A stretch of 63,998 nt of DNA, the filler included, from Intoshia linei (taxonomy: Eukaryota; Animalia; Orthonectida): assembly GCA_001642005.1 (NCBI GenBank). It is 7 parts of 7 records of this genome, joined end to end, with 100 filler letters (N's around TTAATTAATTAA, not from the genome) between each part and the next. Parts side by side here need not be neighbours in the genome. Positions count along the whole stretch, not along the records: positions 1 to 23,088 come from LWCA01000570.1; 6 more parts are not named here. One strand, 5' to 3'. Shown here in pieces: positions 1 to 13,400 of the stretch (within the stretch, counting starts at the first letter, position 1; the number at the start of each line of letters is the position of its first letter). A program made the translations under genes and the position numbers. The notes under the pieces are model-generated. The model did no database searches, was not told where the DNA came from, and saw nothing but the letters and a program-made list of their open reading frames with translations.

Positions 1-200
1 CATATATTCAAATAATTTTATACTTAAATTATAATGTATTGAGTGTTTAACATTTTTTATATAACTGTAAAATAATTTCCCGTTCATACATCATTGTGGT
101 TCAATTATAGGTATAAATAATTTTTTTTAAATTTAGTTTAACACTCTAAAATTTTTAAAATAATAATGTCAATGTAATGTCTTTATATATATATATTTAG

Positions 201-606
201 CTTTACCGCCAGGTAAATTATTTTTAAAGACTTAAAATAAACTTTAAATTTTAGTTCAACCTAGTAAACTATTTTAAACAATACACATAAAAATAATAAC
301 AATATTTGTACATAAATACATGTAAAAAATATTAAAATTATTTATAAATTTAGCTCTAGTGCCAAGTAAATTATTTTTGTTCCTTAAAATTGATAAAAAA
401 TAAAAACTAAATGTATTTTAAATTAGCGGCCCCACGTAAAAACATTAATATAAAAATTATCTCTAAAATGTAAAATAATGTATAATTTCTATATCTAGCC
501 GTACCTCCAAGTAATTATTTTAAAAAGTTTTCAATTGGTAAAAAATGAATATTTTTTTTATCAGATAATTAAAAATGTTAAATTATTTTAAAAGTAGCTC
601 CACCAC
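201..606 (+). CDS. Putative micro-exon gene segment encoding a Pro/Thr-rich peptide (six exons alternating 12 and 9 nt)
   Basis: TAG|exon|GTAA units at 201-212, 255-263, 354-365, 427-435, 499-510 and 598-606, separated by 42-90 nt AT-rich introns. Joined in phase 1 they read xLPPVQPTLVPTAPPVPPTPP with no stop. The exons are C-rich islands in near-pure AT sequence. Confidence 0.7.
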
Positions 607-811
607 GTAAAAATTTATTTACAGTGAACGATAGTACGTTCAGACTAGTGTTTCAATATCGGTAAATTATTACCCGTAATTATTTTCAGTTACCGTAAAT
701 TTGAAAAAAATTTGATTCTTATAATAAAACGTTTATTTTTTACTACGTTTTTGAGATATTGATGCAGTGTTAATGTTGAATTAAGTAAGAGTTAATTAAG
801 TCGTTCTACAC

Positions 812-1001
812 TAGTGTGTTCAATGTTTGTAAAATGTACTGAGTTATTTAATGAATACTTAGTTTTACTTTTACTGAGTTATTAGATTTTTTACAGTTTT
901 TATATTGTAAAACTAAGTACATAAAACTTACTGAATTTCTAAAAAAACTAAGTTGAATAGTGTTCAACTTAAATGTTTTAACTTTAATTTAGAACACACT
1001 A
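812..1001. mobile_element. hAT-type MITE
   Basis: TIRs TAGTGTGTTC / GAACACACTA; 8-bp TSD ttctacac / ttttacac (7/8 match). Confidence 0.6.
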
Positions 1002-1839
1002 TTTTACACTCGTTGAAAGTAATAATTAGATTTAACTAATATATCTAGTGTATTAAAATATTTTATATAAAAAACTCTGACGAAGCCAAGTTTTTAATTG
1101 TTTACGTTGTCAAAAATTTTTTATGATTTTACCTTTTTTATTTCAAGGTGAAAAAATAAAAAATATTTATCATTTCGACGACTCGAGACAATTTTGTGAC
1201 GTCAAATCAATGTTTATTTTTGATTCTGATCTATTGGTTAAACGTTAAATTAAAACGTAAACTCAAAATACCAAATAGAATTGATTTAAAAAAACTAACG
1301 TGGATCTATCTAATAAATAAATAAAGCTATCATATGTTTTTTAGCATATATATAATAATATATATCGATTTTGTCAAAGTAACCATCATTTCATATGCTA
1401 GCATATTTAGCATGCTAGAAATGACATCCATAAAAAAATATCATAGCAATAATAACTTATCTTTTTTTAATATTTGTCTCATCTCTGAATGCACTGTCGC
1501 GCACCGTTATACTAAACATTTTTAAATTTTAAAACTTAACAAAATATGTATATTATAGGTATACATTAAATGGATCACCTTTTAAAAAGTTGATCCGTTT
1601 TATCAATGTGCCACTACCCTTCTTTTTTTTTTTTTTTGGTCTTTTTTGCATCGTTTTTTTGGGAATGGAAATTGAAAATGTAGAAAATTTCTACTTATAA
1701 TACATTGCAATGTAGTACATGCTGTGGCAGGCAATAGTTATTCAAATGTGGCTTACAAGTTGCATAATTTTTAAATTGTGAAAAAAAAATTGTACATTTT
1801 TATCAATTCGTTTACATTATATTAATAAAATAATTTTAG

Positions 1840-3838
1840 ATCAATCGGTACAACAACCTGTTATGTCTAGTAATTTTTTTAAAATGTAAAGTTAAAATTA
1901 TTTCAATCAATCTATTTTATAAATTAAGATTGTCAACATTTCTGAAGTAAAACTTGAGTGAATATAATAGACTAAGCTCTAACCCAAATTTTTATTAATA
2001 TTATTTTATCTTTTGAAAGCGTTTTGGAAATCTATCATTCACAGAAAAAATATACTAATTGCCTAATTAATTTCATATATTAATACTAAAATAAATTAAT
2101 ACAATTTAATACAATGATCTTCAATTTAAGATTAAAATTAAACAATTAATTTGAAAAATTTATTAATACTCATAATTATAGTGTCACAAAATGGATATCA
2201 ACCGCAATATCAGCATCAAAGTATATTATATAATATATATTATAACTAGGTGATTGTTATGAACTACATACAAACAATCTAGCACTACCGAGGGCACATT
2301 TTTATTCTAAGAAAAAAATAAATATAAGAAATGCTACTGAGTTAAAAATCTGAGATAACTGCATTAAATGTAAATTTTTTTAAAATTCTAGGATTAAATT
2401 TTATTTTCATTTTATGAAAAGAGTATTTTGTGGTTTTGGCCCCTAATTTAGGGGCCCTAAGGTATTTTTTTTTAAATTTAAATTTATGACAATGTTCATG
2501 ATTTTAAAATCTGTATCAAATTGTATATTATTTTAAATTTTAGGACTCGTCTGATTTAAAACAAAAAAAAAGGAAAATAATTGAAGGGTTTTGACCTGTA
2601 AGATGTGTTTTTGAGATTGAAATTTATTTTACTTTCACCTCCGCAAAAAACTTTAATAGAAATGTAAAATTTTTTAAATTTTAAGACTATTATTTATTTA
2701 TTTATTGAAATAAACGATAACATAACATACATACAAAGAGTTTTATATAAGTTAGGATATACAGACATTATTCACTTAGCTTACTTCCGCTATAACAAAA
2801 AAATAAAAAATTTGCCAATTTTCTTAACCAACTCATGTTTAAGTTGACTTGAATATATATATTTCATAAACTGCAATAGTAGAAATGATATATTTTTTAA
2901 TTATAGATTAACAAATGATGCAACCTGGATATAGTCCAAATAAGTTATTTTAAATTAAAGTTTAATTTTAGATTATCAAGGAATTAATACAGACGTACTA
3001 GAAACTGAAAATTCAGAGACGAAAGGTTAGTTTTTATATATTAGAACTTTATCATAACTTTAGATAACGAGAATTGTAATTTAATTATCTTATATATCAA
3101 TATAAACTGTAATAGTTTTTTCCAACCTCTTTTTATGGTAAGCCCACTAACATTCTTAAAACATCCCTTAACTTCAAAAAATAATTTAGCAACAAATTAA
3201 ACTAATTATTCTTTATATTTTTTATTATTCTTTTTTTCAGTGAATTTTAATTGATTATCAAAAATAGGATACTAGTATAAATAAATACTAACTTAGTATA
3301 ATTATTACTCTTTGAATAAAAAATTTTCAAGTTCAAAATGCTAAAATATTTTTCTATAAGATATAAAAAGTCAGATTTTATAGGTCTAAAAAAAACTTGC
3401 CTAACTAATCATACATGATATAGTGCCAGGCGGCAACCAGTGATTCTTTGAGTAAATATGTAAATTATTTATTTTTTAAGTTTTAAATATTTTATACTAT
3501 AATTGACTCATTATAATCATTTTAATACTGAATTTTCAGACTCTGGATTTTATTTTGTTGAATATATTAGAACCTTTTCAACTCAGTTAAAACTGAAATG
3601 TATTATGTGTAAATTTTCAAAAACGGGGTCGTATAATTTTTTGGTATAAAAAAGTGACCCACGATATGCAAAAGGTTGCTGACCCCTGATATAGTGTATA
3701 ACTAATTTTTTTTGATTTTTTAGACAACGAAAATTTGAGTAAATATTATTTATATGTAGTTTAACTTTGAAAGGTACACGACCCTACATAAGAATTTTTG
3801 CCATTTCTGTAAATGATTTTCTATTTTTTTCGAATTAA
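1840..3838 (+). CDS. Putative micro-exon gene segment encoding a Gln/Asn/Glu-rich peptide
   Basis: AG/GT-bounded exons 1840-1869 (30 nt), 2182-2220 (39), 2972-3025 (54), 3064-3075 (12), 3724-3738 (15) and a terminal exon 3774-3838. Internal exons are all multiples of 3. The phase-1 join reads xQSVQQPVMSMSQNGYQPQYQHQNYQGINTDVLETENSETKDNENYNENLSTRPYIRIFAISVNDFLFFSN*. Confidence 0.55.
2246..2757 (-). mobile_element. Non-autonomous Helitron-like element, internally deleted copy
   Basis: On the minus strand it begins A|TCCTAACTTATATAAA and ends ...ACCTAG|T. Both ends match the copies at 27459-28262 and 50746-51916. Confidence 0.65.
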
Positions 3839-4959
3839 TAAATGTGGTGCCAAAACTGTAATCACAATTTTATTTATCAAAAATTAATGTTACATTTCGT
3901 GTATTCCTTCCCTCCCTACTACACTATATCTTACCATTTATACGGTTAAAATCTCTTAATCCACCTGTTTTTGAATATCCATTATTTTCATTTCTTCATA
4001 AATTTAACTGGTAAAGTACTAGGTAATAAATATAAATACATCATAAATTAAAAAATATAGTTAAATGTAGCATTTACAATTTTTAGATCTTAGTAGTATA
4101 AAATCTTTAAAAAAATATTTCTAAATTTGAAAAATAAAGGTAAATATTTAAATGTAAATCAAATAAATGAAATAATAAAATATATTTTTTTGATGAGAAT
4201 TTTAAAGATACATCCTTTTAAATTATTATAAACTGTTATTTCAACATCATGCAACATTTTCATAAAATCTCCCATATACATAATGTATATAATTAGTTAA
4301 TAAACATTAATGTAACAATATTTCTAGAAGTCAAACGTAAATATTTATATTTATGTTAACAAATAATATAACAATATACTCAAATCTGGTGATACTAATC
4401 CAGCGAATCTACTGTACATAACATATTTTTAATTAGTTAATTTTACATTATTAATTTACATTTTAAAAATATTATTGCATCATAATTAAGTGACTTATAT
4501 ACTTTTAATCTAGATACGATACCAAGTAATTATTCAAATTAAGTAAAAAAAGCTAATTTAAATGTAGATAAATATCTCTTAATCATTTTGCTTCCGGTAT
4601 CCATTGTTCTGTGTTTATTAATTTTCATATCAATTTTAATTTGTGTGATTCGAATAAAAAGAAAAAATCGACTTAGAAGAGTAAAACGTATATCACGAAA
4701 GATTTAATTAGCAAGTTAATAAAAATATTATATTTATTCTTTGATATTGAATGGTAAATTAAAATAAAGTACATTTTTTAATTACAAAATAAATACAATA
4801 TAAATTTGTATAATTTAATTTAAAATTGAAAATCACCAATCGGTAAACTACAATAAAAAGATTAACATATCTCAAATTAAAATAGATCAGTTTCCCAAGT
4901 TGTAATCCCAACGTGTTTCATTTTTATGTGGGCGATGAGATAATTTAAATTTGTTCAAA

Positions 4960-7900
4960 TTAAAAATTGGAAAACATTGATGTTAATAAAAATAATAAAT
5001 GTAAATATACTTCAAAATATTTGGTCAAATAAGGACATTCTTCAGGGCTCGGACCATCTCTATTTCCACTATAACAATCCGAAATTACCTATTTTAAACG
5101 AATATATAAGCATAGTTTAATGTATTAATATAGTGAGCATTTTTGATCGTGACAAGATATTGAAATCGACTCATAAACTTTTACATAAACTCCAAAAATT
5201 GCATAATAACGTAAAATACACAAAATTTAAATAAAAAAAATAAAAAATGTTACAAATTCCCAGATTATTGTTTCCTAAGATCAATTAATAATGTAATTAT
5301 TATTAAAAACGTCAGTTATTTCCATACAATAGATACTACCATTCTAAAAATTGTTACTAGTGTAGGTGACGCTGAAAAGTTTCCATTCCATGAAAAAAAA
5401 TTATACATTCCATAATGTCGCGATCAGAATGTAGACAAACCACTTGGTTGCATCACTCCTACTTTGAGAAACTACTGAGTTAATATATACCAAACACATG
5501 GAACAAGGAAATGCAGACATGCTATATTTGTAAAATTCTTTAGTTTTATAAACATGGATAAAATTGAATTTGTCATAATCACTTTCAATTTTTCCTTTTT
5601 TATGTCTTCGTCTAATTGTACCATCATGATATAGTCGATTCAACAACAAACTAACTTCTTGATCAAGAATTTTAACTTTAACTAGTTGTAACGCATTCAA
5701 ATATGTAGTAATTTCTTGTAAAGTGCACATAGACATTCGTTCTCGTTCTCTGGTGTTCTCTGTTTTTGACATGGATTGTATGTACTAAGATTGTATAAAT
5801 TAAATCGTAATAATTAAAAATACTTTTCTTTTAAAGTATGCTTCAACAGATTTTTGAGCAGCATCAACAAAATCTGTATCAATTTCTCCATTTGTATACC
5901 AGATGTTTCCTCTAACTTTCTCACATGGAACTACATCGTTCATAAAAAGCAATTCTTTACCAGTATCCTAAAATATAACATTATATTCAGAATATATTTG
6001 TATATTACAATGTTTCCAACATATTTAGGGTTTCACCTTAATAAAAAAAGGTCATTTATCAAACTTTACTGAAATTAATGTGACTTAAATAACTTAATTA
6101 GACGTGGGGCTTAACAATAATGTAATACAGGATAACTTCACATCACATATAAAGCAAATTTGAATAAATTCAAATAAAAGTCATACCTTCCAATTTAAAG
6201 CAATTAGATTACATATAAAACCTATGTAATTTGGTGTTTTTAAGGATTTGTTCCAGTTTTTTGAAAATTAAATTTAACATTTTAATTGACTAGGTTATTT
6301 CATACACAATCTAGACTCATTAATCTGAAAAAATCATACAAAGTAACTTCATAAAAATGCCAAATTTTGTACTATCTTGATACCTTTAAAAAAATGTTGA
6401 CAGTGTAGTTTTTGGTGTTTAATGTTCCCTATCATTTTACCATAGTTAATCCCCATTTGACGGATATTAATTTTAAAAGATTACAGCACAAGTAATGTAT
6501 TTTATAACATTATGATCAATAAGCTTTTTGATAGAGTTTTTAAATACTACAGTAAGAATACTTGTTTCTTTGCGAACATTTTTGTACAATATTCCTAAAA
6601 AATGGAATATAAATACAACCTATACATCGGTTAATAAAGTTTCAATTTTTTCACACAATAGTACCCTTACTATAAACAAAATGAGGGGTGAATCAACTAT
6701 CATACATATGTTTTTTAAATATGACGGTTACAAGTAGTACGAAATTTTGCAAGGATCACAAATAATATATAAACAACAAAAAAATTAACAGATAGTAAGT
6801 AAATATGTCCTACATCGAACACTTATTTTTAAGTACAATTGAATTCGTCCATTTCCATTTTCCAATCTCAAATAGATACATTAATCATTATAGCCTGTAA
6901 GGGTCGCATTCTTCTGTTCTTACCCTCCGCATCCGTCCACATTTTTCAACAACGGAATACACCAGAGTTCCCATAAAACTGGTAAAAAGTAATACAAAAT
7001 ACACATTTATTATTTACTTATACAGTAATACCTCACTTAACAAACGTTTTAACCTCTAACGTCTAAGCCTTAGCGAACTGTTAAATAATAAATATTCAAT
7101 AATCAACTCCAAAATTGTTTAAAAAAATTGATCTGATAATTATTCCAGGCTGTATAGTTTAAAAACTTCAACTCACAAATGTGACCATTTCCATTGTAAC
7201 ATTGTAACAAAAGATACATAAAAATTTCCAAGCATCCATTAAGAAATACAATCATACAGTCTTAATCAAAAATTTCATTTTTGATTATTTAAATTTTAAA
7301 AATCCATCTACACTTCAAATAAGTAGAGCTAGTCGGCAGAGCTAGCTAATGTTTTTACATAGTATATACTAATCAATCCATAATATAATTTATAAAAAAT
7401 ATGTTTACCTTGATCATTAGCATCACGAATAACATTGACTATATTTTGTTCGTTTATATCAAAATTACTATCTCTACAAATTTAAAAAATTAATTTTAGT
7501 CTATCCAATTTTTAGGAATAAAATGTTTCATATAAATTAAATTTTAAGATAATTTTATTAAAAGTTAGTTCTCTTTTGTCATATTTACTTATGTCTGTCA
7601 GGTCGTAAATTATTCAGTATCTAAAGCTTAGATTCTAAGCCTATAATTAAAAAAAATCGTATCTACATCTTTATGTCAAAAAACGTCTATTACAGTTTTT
7701 TCCGGGGTGAAAGTAAAATAAATTTTAACCTCTGAAACTCACACTTTACTAGTCAAAAACCCATATCTTTTTTTGAAAATCAAACGAGTTCGAAAATTAA
7801 AAAAAATTACATTCTGATACAGATTATAAAATTATAAATATTATTAATGAAAAAAATTCGGAAGGAATGAATTATATAGATTTTCACCCATATTTCTTTA

Positions 7901-9690
7901 TTGTAAATTTGTAGAGTGATATGTAGAGTGTAGACGTTCAATGCATATTTTTTTTGAAATTTTAGGATCAATATTTACATTTTCAATTTATCAAAATATT
8001 TGAAAAATAATGGTTAAAAATGTATTAAAATGTATTTTGCAACCGGAATACGTAGATTTCTGGTGTTAAAATTGTGTATTTATATCAACTGGAATAAGCT
8101 TTATCAGAATAATCTATTTTTTTTAATTTTCGGACTGTTAATTATTTCACATATTTTGTTTTACATGTTTACACGTTAATAAAATATTTCGGAAAAAAAT
8201 ATATGAATACTAAAGTGATTTGTTGACCGTGAAAGCTATGACACTTATTCAGATTGAAATTTTATGTGTGTGTTAACAGGATACAACTGTACCACCTCTA
8301 ATTTTTTGAAATTCTAGGGCTGTTTTCATTAAAAAAAGGGGTCATTTTGGGTTTTGGCTGTGAAGATATATTTTTTTAAATTCTCGAACTCGTTTGATTT
8401 TCAAAAAAATGACAATTGGGCTTTTTGACCCGTAAAATGTGAATTTGGGAAATTGAAATTTATTTTGCTAACACCCCAGGAAAAACAGTAATTGAAATGT
8501 AAACTTTATAAAATTCTAAGACTGGTAGTTATTGAAATAAACAATAATACACACAAACAAAGCATATTATATAAGTAAGGATATAGAAGTTTAATAACAT
8601 TGTAATGTAAATGTTTACCAAACATTTTTTACAGGTTAATAAATCTAGAATTCTATCACTTGTAAAATTTTGATTATATTAATATTTTTTTTAATTGCAG
8701 ACATCAAATATAATTTAACATAAACTCAGTTATGCATTTTTATATTATTTCAAATTTAAATCACACTCTGAGTTTCAAAGCAGGTAATATATTAGAACAT
8801 AGACGAACATAGTAAACATTATGTATTCAATATTATTTTAAAATTGAAAGTTTTTTAAATTTAAGTCATAAAAATAGATAAGGAAACGCCCGCATTTGGC
8901 AAAGTCAGCTGCTGTTTCTACGCAGTACATAACAGACAAGCTAGTAATAATAATTTAAATTTAAATCTAATCATAATTAAAACATACACTGGTGGCTTGT
9001 ACGCGTATAACAATTTTTTTCCTCGTTTTTTCAGTTCAATTTTTTTCTAAATTTAGTATGGATAAAATTAAATAACACCAACATAAAAAATGCATCAAAT
9101 ATAATTAAAAATACTAACCTCAGATAATAAAGTATTTAAAGCTTGTAGAATTTGTTCTTTACTAAAGTCAACAGTAGCCAAATTTATCTTTTTAATATCT
9201 ATTCCAAATTTGGATTTTCGACAAGCTGCAACAACTCTAGAATAATTAAAAAATAGGATATAAATATATATACAGTATTCTTTCCACAACTCCCCAACTC
9301 TATAACTCGCCATTAATTTAAAATATAAAGAAAAGTTTTAAAACCATTTGTCAAAATAAGTTATTTTGTATAAAATTTTACAATTTGTATTACAATTTAC
9401 ATTTTATTGCAATTTAACCTTTAATTTAAAGGTTTTATCTAGTGTTTCTATAGTTTTAAATTCTCTATCTCACCAACTATTTCTAAGTCCCAAATATGGT
9501 GAGTTATAGAGAGAATACTGTATAAAAATAATAGAAAAACATTTGCAAAAATGTTAATTTACATATTTTTTATATCGTAGTCATCCGATTTAAATCTTTT
9601 TGCATCAGGTTTAATTTTTTGGTCATCAAATAAATGTTTTTCAATAGTAGATCCAAAAATGTTGACAGTTTTTTGATCAACTGGGTCCAT
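4960..9690 (-). CDS. POLR3F: DNA-directed RNA polymerase III subunit RPC6 (C34/C39)
   Basis: Phase-consistent exons 9690-9563, 9236-9119, 9046-8988, 7473-7409, 6594-6485, 5967-5824, 5784-5491 and 5088-(5011 or 4960). Peptides DANDQGILYKNVRKET, RGNIWYTNGEIDTDFVD, LLNRLYHDG and the C-terminal Fe-S motif PCSMCLVISDC...PEECPYL match the RPC34 family. Confidence 0.9.
7690..8581. mobile_element. Helitron-like family fragments in a POLR3F intron
   Basis: Shares blocks (ttacagtttttccggg, cattgaacgtctacac, ttctaagactggtagttatt) with other copies. The minus-strand 5' end TCCTTACTTATATAA is at 8581. Confidence 0.6.
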
Positions 9691-10411
9691 ATTAAATGTT
9701 GTTTCTATGTTGAGTAGTTAATATGTTGCTGTAATGAAAGTATAATTTTACATTATCAATTTTCTTTATATTTAGGTCTATTTTTACATTTTTACGTTCA
9801 TTCAGTTTTCACAAGCATATATTAAACGTTCACTTAATTCTAGAAATTTAAATAAATACAATTCAGAATTAACTTTATTTTTACGAAAAAATAAAACACA
9901 ATTACATTTTGTATTTTGTGTTATTTTCTACTAAATATTTTATTTTATTCAAGTTCGGAACTCAAAATTATCCATGCTTTCGATTTGTAAACTTTGAAAT
10001 TAATTTATGAATTATATAGGTAAAGGATCCCCAATTATATTGCTGTTGAATGGTATTTTGAAATTTAAAAAAACTTAAGAAAAAAATCTCCATGTCAACA
10101 TATTGAGAATTTTATTGACTCATTTACTTGTAGTGATTTACTAGTAGTGAATAACTGAATAAATAATGTATTTGAACTATTTAGTGCAGTGCGTATGCAA
10201 TTCATTCTATGCAGTTGAAAAAACTGAAAGAGTTTAAGTATACGTATTAAAAACGTTTGGATTATGTTTATTTTTATCCAAATTAATATGCAATTTGGAT
10301 ATAATTAATTAATTAAATATAATCTTTTAAATTTCGGAGTCTAACCGAAAAATGAAATAAGTTGTAATAAACATCATTAGGAAATCATTAAATGAAAATT
10401 AGAAGTAAGAA

Positions 10412-13400
10412 ATGAAAAGATGTGTCGAGTTTTCGGCCAAAATTGACATTGAAGATGACAATGTACGAGTTTACAGTAAATATGGGATTATTAAATATGT
10501 GTCATATTCATTTGAAACAAAGTTAAACTATTTAATAGAATCGCATTATGTATATTTGTATAAATATATTTCTAAAAAAACTGTACAAGGCTTAATTTGT
10601 TGTGCAATAAATTTAAATTCGTTAAAAATTGTGATCTATCCAATCTTTAATAATAAATATTTACTTTTATTTTAATTGGAAAATAGGAACAGAAATGAAT
10701 TCTGCCTCTATAGATAAATCGAACAGAATAGATGGTATTATCCATTTACAGTGTAACAGTACATACATTTAGATTTGATTAATACTTTCCTAAATGACAC
10801 AAAATCTTACAAAAATAAAAATTCTAAAGTTATGAAGTCTATGAGTGACAATTTTTTTGATAATGTTAAATTTCAACCTAATCCACAGAAATCAAGTTTT
10901 GCACCCAATCCGTACTTCAAACCGAATATTAGCAACGATGTAATATTATTGAAAATATTAATACAACATGAATGGCCAAGTGTAATGATTTAACTCTTTC
11001 ACTGTCTGATGCAATTTTATATACTATCACCACACGTCTGTAATTTATGTTTTAATTTAAACTTTAATTATTTTTAAATTACCAATGAGAAAATGTATAA
11101 AAATAAAAGAATAGTTTTTCAAAATTATGTTGTATATATCATAGAATACACAAACGTGTAAAGTGAAATTGCTGTGTATAGTATAGAATACACAGACAGT
11201 GAAAGGGTGAAAGGTTTAGAGAGCGCACTCCTTAAACTGGTTCTAAGTTTTTTTTAGGAGACGTTACATATTTTTTGGTATATATCAAGTTTTTGCTAAT
11301 CATGTGCACAAAATGTGGTGGTATTGAGAGGTCTGACTGTATGTTTAAATGTATTCCATTAAACATTATGTACCCACTTCAAAATTAATTTTGTGTAAAG
11401 AGTTTAAAAAACAATTTAGTAATGCGATTTTTTTATTTTTTATAAAATTCTAAGACTTTTTTCATTTAAAAAAAGGGTAATTTGATGTTTTGACATGTAA
11501 TTTTTAATTGACAATTTTTAATATATTATCAACCAATATTTTTCAAATATTACGATTATAATAAAAATTGAAAATGTAAATATTGATCCTACAATTTCAA
11601 AAAAAATGTGCATTGAACGTCTACACATTTCTAACAAAGAAATATGGTGAAAATTTATATAATTTATTCCTTCGCAATTTTTAAATCTCAAATTCTCATT
11701 TCCAAACCATTTTGTTAAAAATTTAACATGTAAATTAAAATTAGAACAACGATTACTAAATTCTATTTTTAATTCTATTTATTACAATCCTTTGCAATAT
11801 TGGTTAAATTCACCTGAAATATGTTTATAAAATGCTGATTCCGTTAACTATTGATACATAATTGGTATTTTTAAGTATTTATTAAATTGGTACTGAATAT
11901 ATATTTTCACATTCAAAATGACAAAATAGGTTTTTATAATTTTATTTATTCTGGAATTTATGCTATTTATGACAATTTTTTAAAATTTGACTGTTTTTAC
12001 TATATTTTTCAATCAATTTTATGACGATGATTATAATCACGTTTGTTTTTATAACGATTAATTTAATAAACTTTTTTTTTATCATGATATTTTTTATCAC
12101 TATTCGTTTTTATCACGATTTTAATTAAACTGAAATTAAAAATAAAAAATTAATAGAAATAACAGAATTAAATAAATAATTTTGTGATATTACATTTTAA
12201 TAATAAATTAACTAATGGTAAATAGCAAAATAGTTAACATTTAAAGATAAAGCATGTATAGTTCTCATTATTTCTGTGTGATTCAACATTATTCTTTTTA
12301 TATGAAACTTTAATTTCATAATGCAATCTTTTGTAAGGCTATTCTCCAGCTATTGCCTTAATGTATATACCACGTTGGAACTCATGTTCTTCCTTGAGTT
12401 TTCCAATGAGCTTCCAGACAATAGGATGAATCAATTAAAATCAATCTTCCAATGAACAAAACCATAGACTCATATAAAATATCATTCTCTAATCCATTTA
12501 ATATTCCATCTCAAGTTTCGTGATTAATCCCCACTGGGGATGCCCAGCTTAAATTCTTGGCTTGAGCAATTTATTAAAACATAAATAAATGGAAAGTAGT
12601 CTAGCATAGCTAGAATACTGAAAATATCAATTAATAAACGTATATTTAAATCATTACATGATGATGTGTGACATGTTGATGAAAGATTTAATGCGATATT
12701 ATTAATTTTAATGATAATTTTGATAAAAACGACGTTTATTAAATTAATCGTGATAAAAACTAACATGATTATAATAATCGTGTTTAAAAATATGTGCACC
12801 GATATGATGGTCCACCTGAAACAAATTTGGGAACCACTCTGTAGTATTTGATACGAATTCAGATTTAATGTAAAAACACTTTAAGAGTGATAATATATTA
12901 TATAACTGATTGATGTAAATAAAGGTGACAATCACACTTTATTACACACTCCTTTAAAGGATTGATAATAGTGCATAGTAAGATTTTTAAGTTAGATTTT
13001 CAACGTGAATTTATTTTTTAGTTTAAATTTAAGTATAATAAAAAGTGCCCTTCGCAGAGCTAGGTCCTGTTTGTTCGTAGTACATAACGGACAACCTAGT
13101 ACTTCTATAATATTCTATATTATATGGTAGCACTATTTTAAATGATAATTTTTATTGAAAAATTTTCCAAAAATTGGGTGATAAAGTGCGTTTTTTTTTT
13201 GAACCAAACTTTTAAGAGTGGTTTTTAAGAATTTTTTTGTGAACCAAACTTTTAAGGGGGGTTTTTAGGTAGTTTTTTTTGAACTAAAATTTCAAGAGAA
13301 GTGAAAAATTTTATACCTACCAATTGAACGATAATTGATATCAATATAGAAACAGCATTACACTAACAAAACAAAGTAATTAAGCAGTGTATTTTAAACC

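Noticed and set aside
625-633. Additional 9-nt exon candidate CAG|TGAACGATA|GTACGT
   Set aside because: The preceding intron would be only 18 nt, well below the observed minimum, so it was left out of the model.
1929-1957. AG/GT-bounded segment between micro-exons
   Set aside because: Gives a stop in phase 1 or a non-3n length, and the AAG acceptor is weak.
11027-11036. SRE-like ATCACCACAC in an SREBP intron (autoregulation?)
   Set aside because: One mismatch to the consensus, lies inside a MITE, and is expected by chance.
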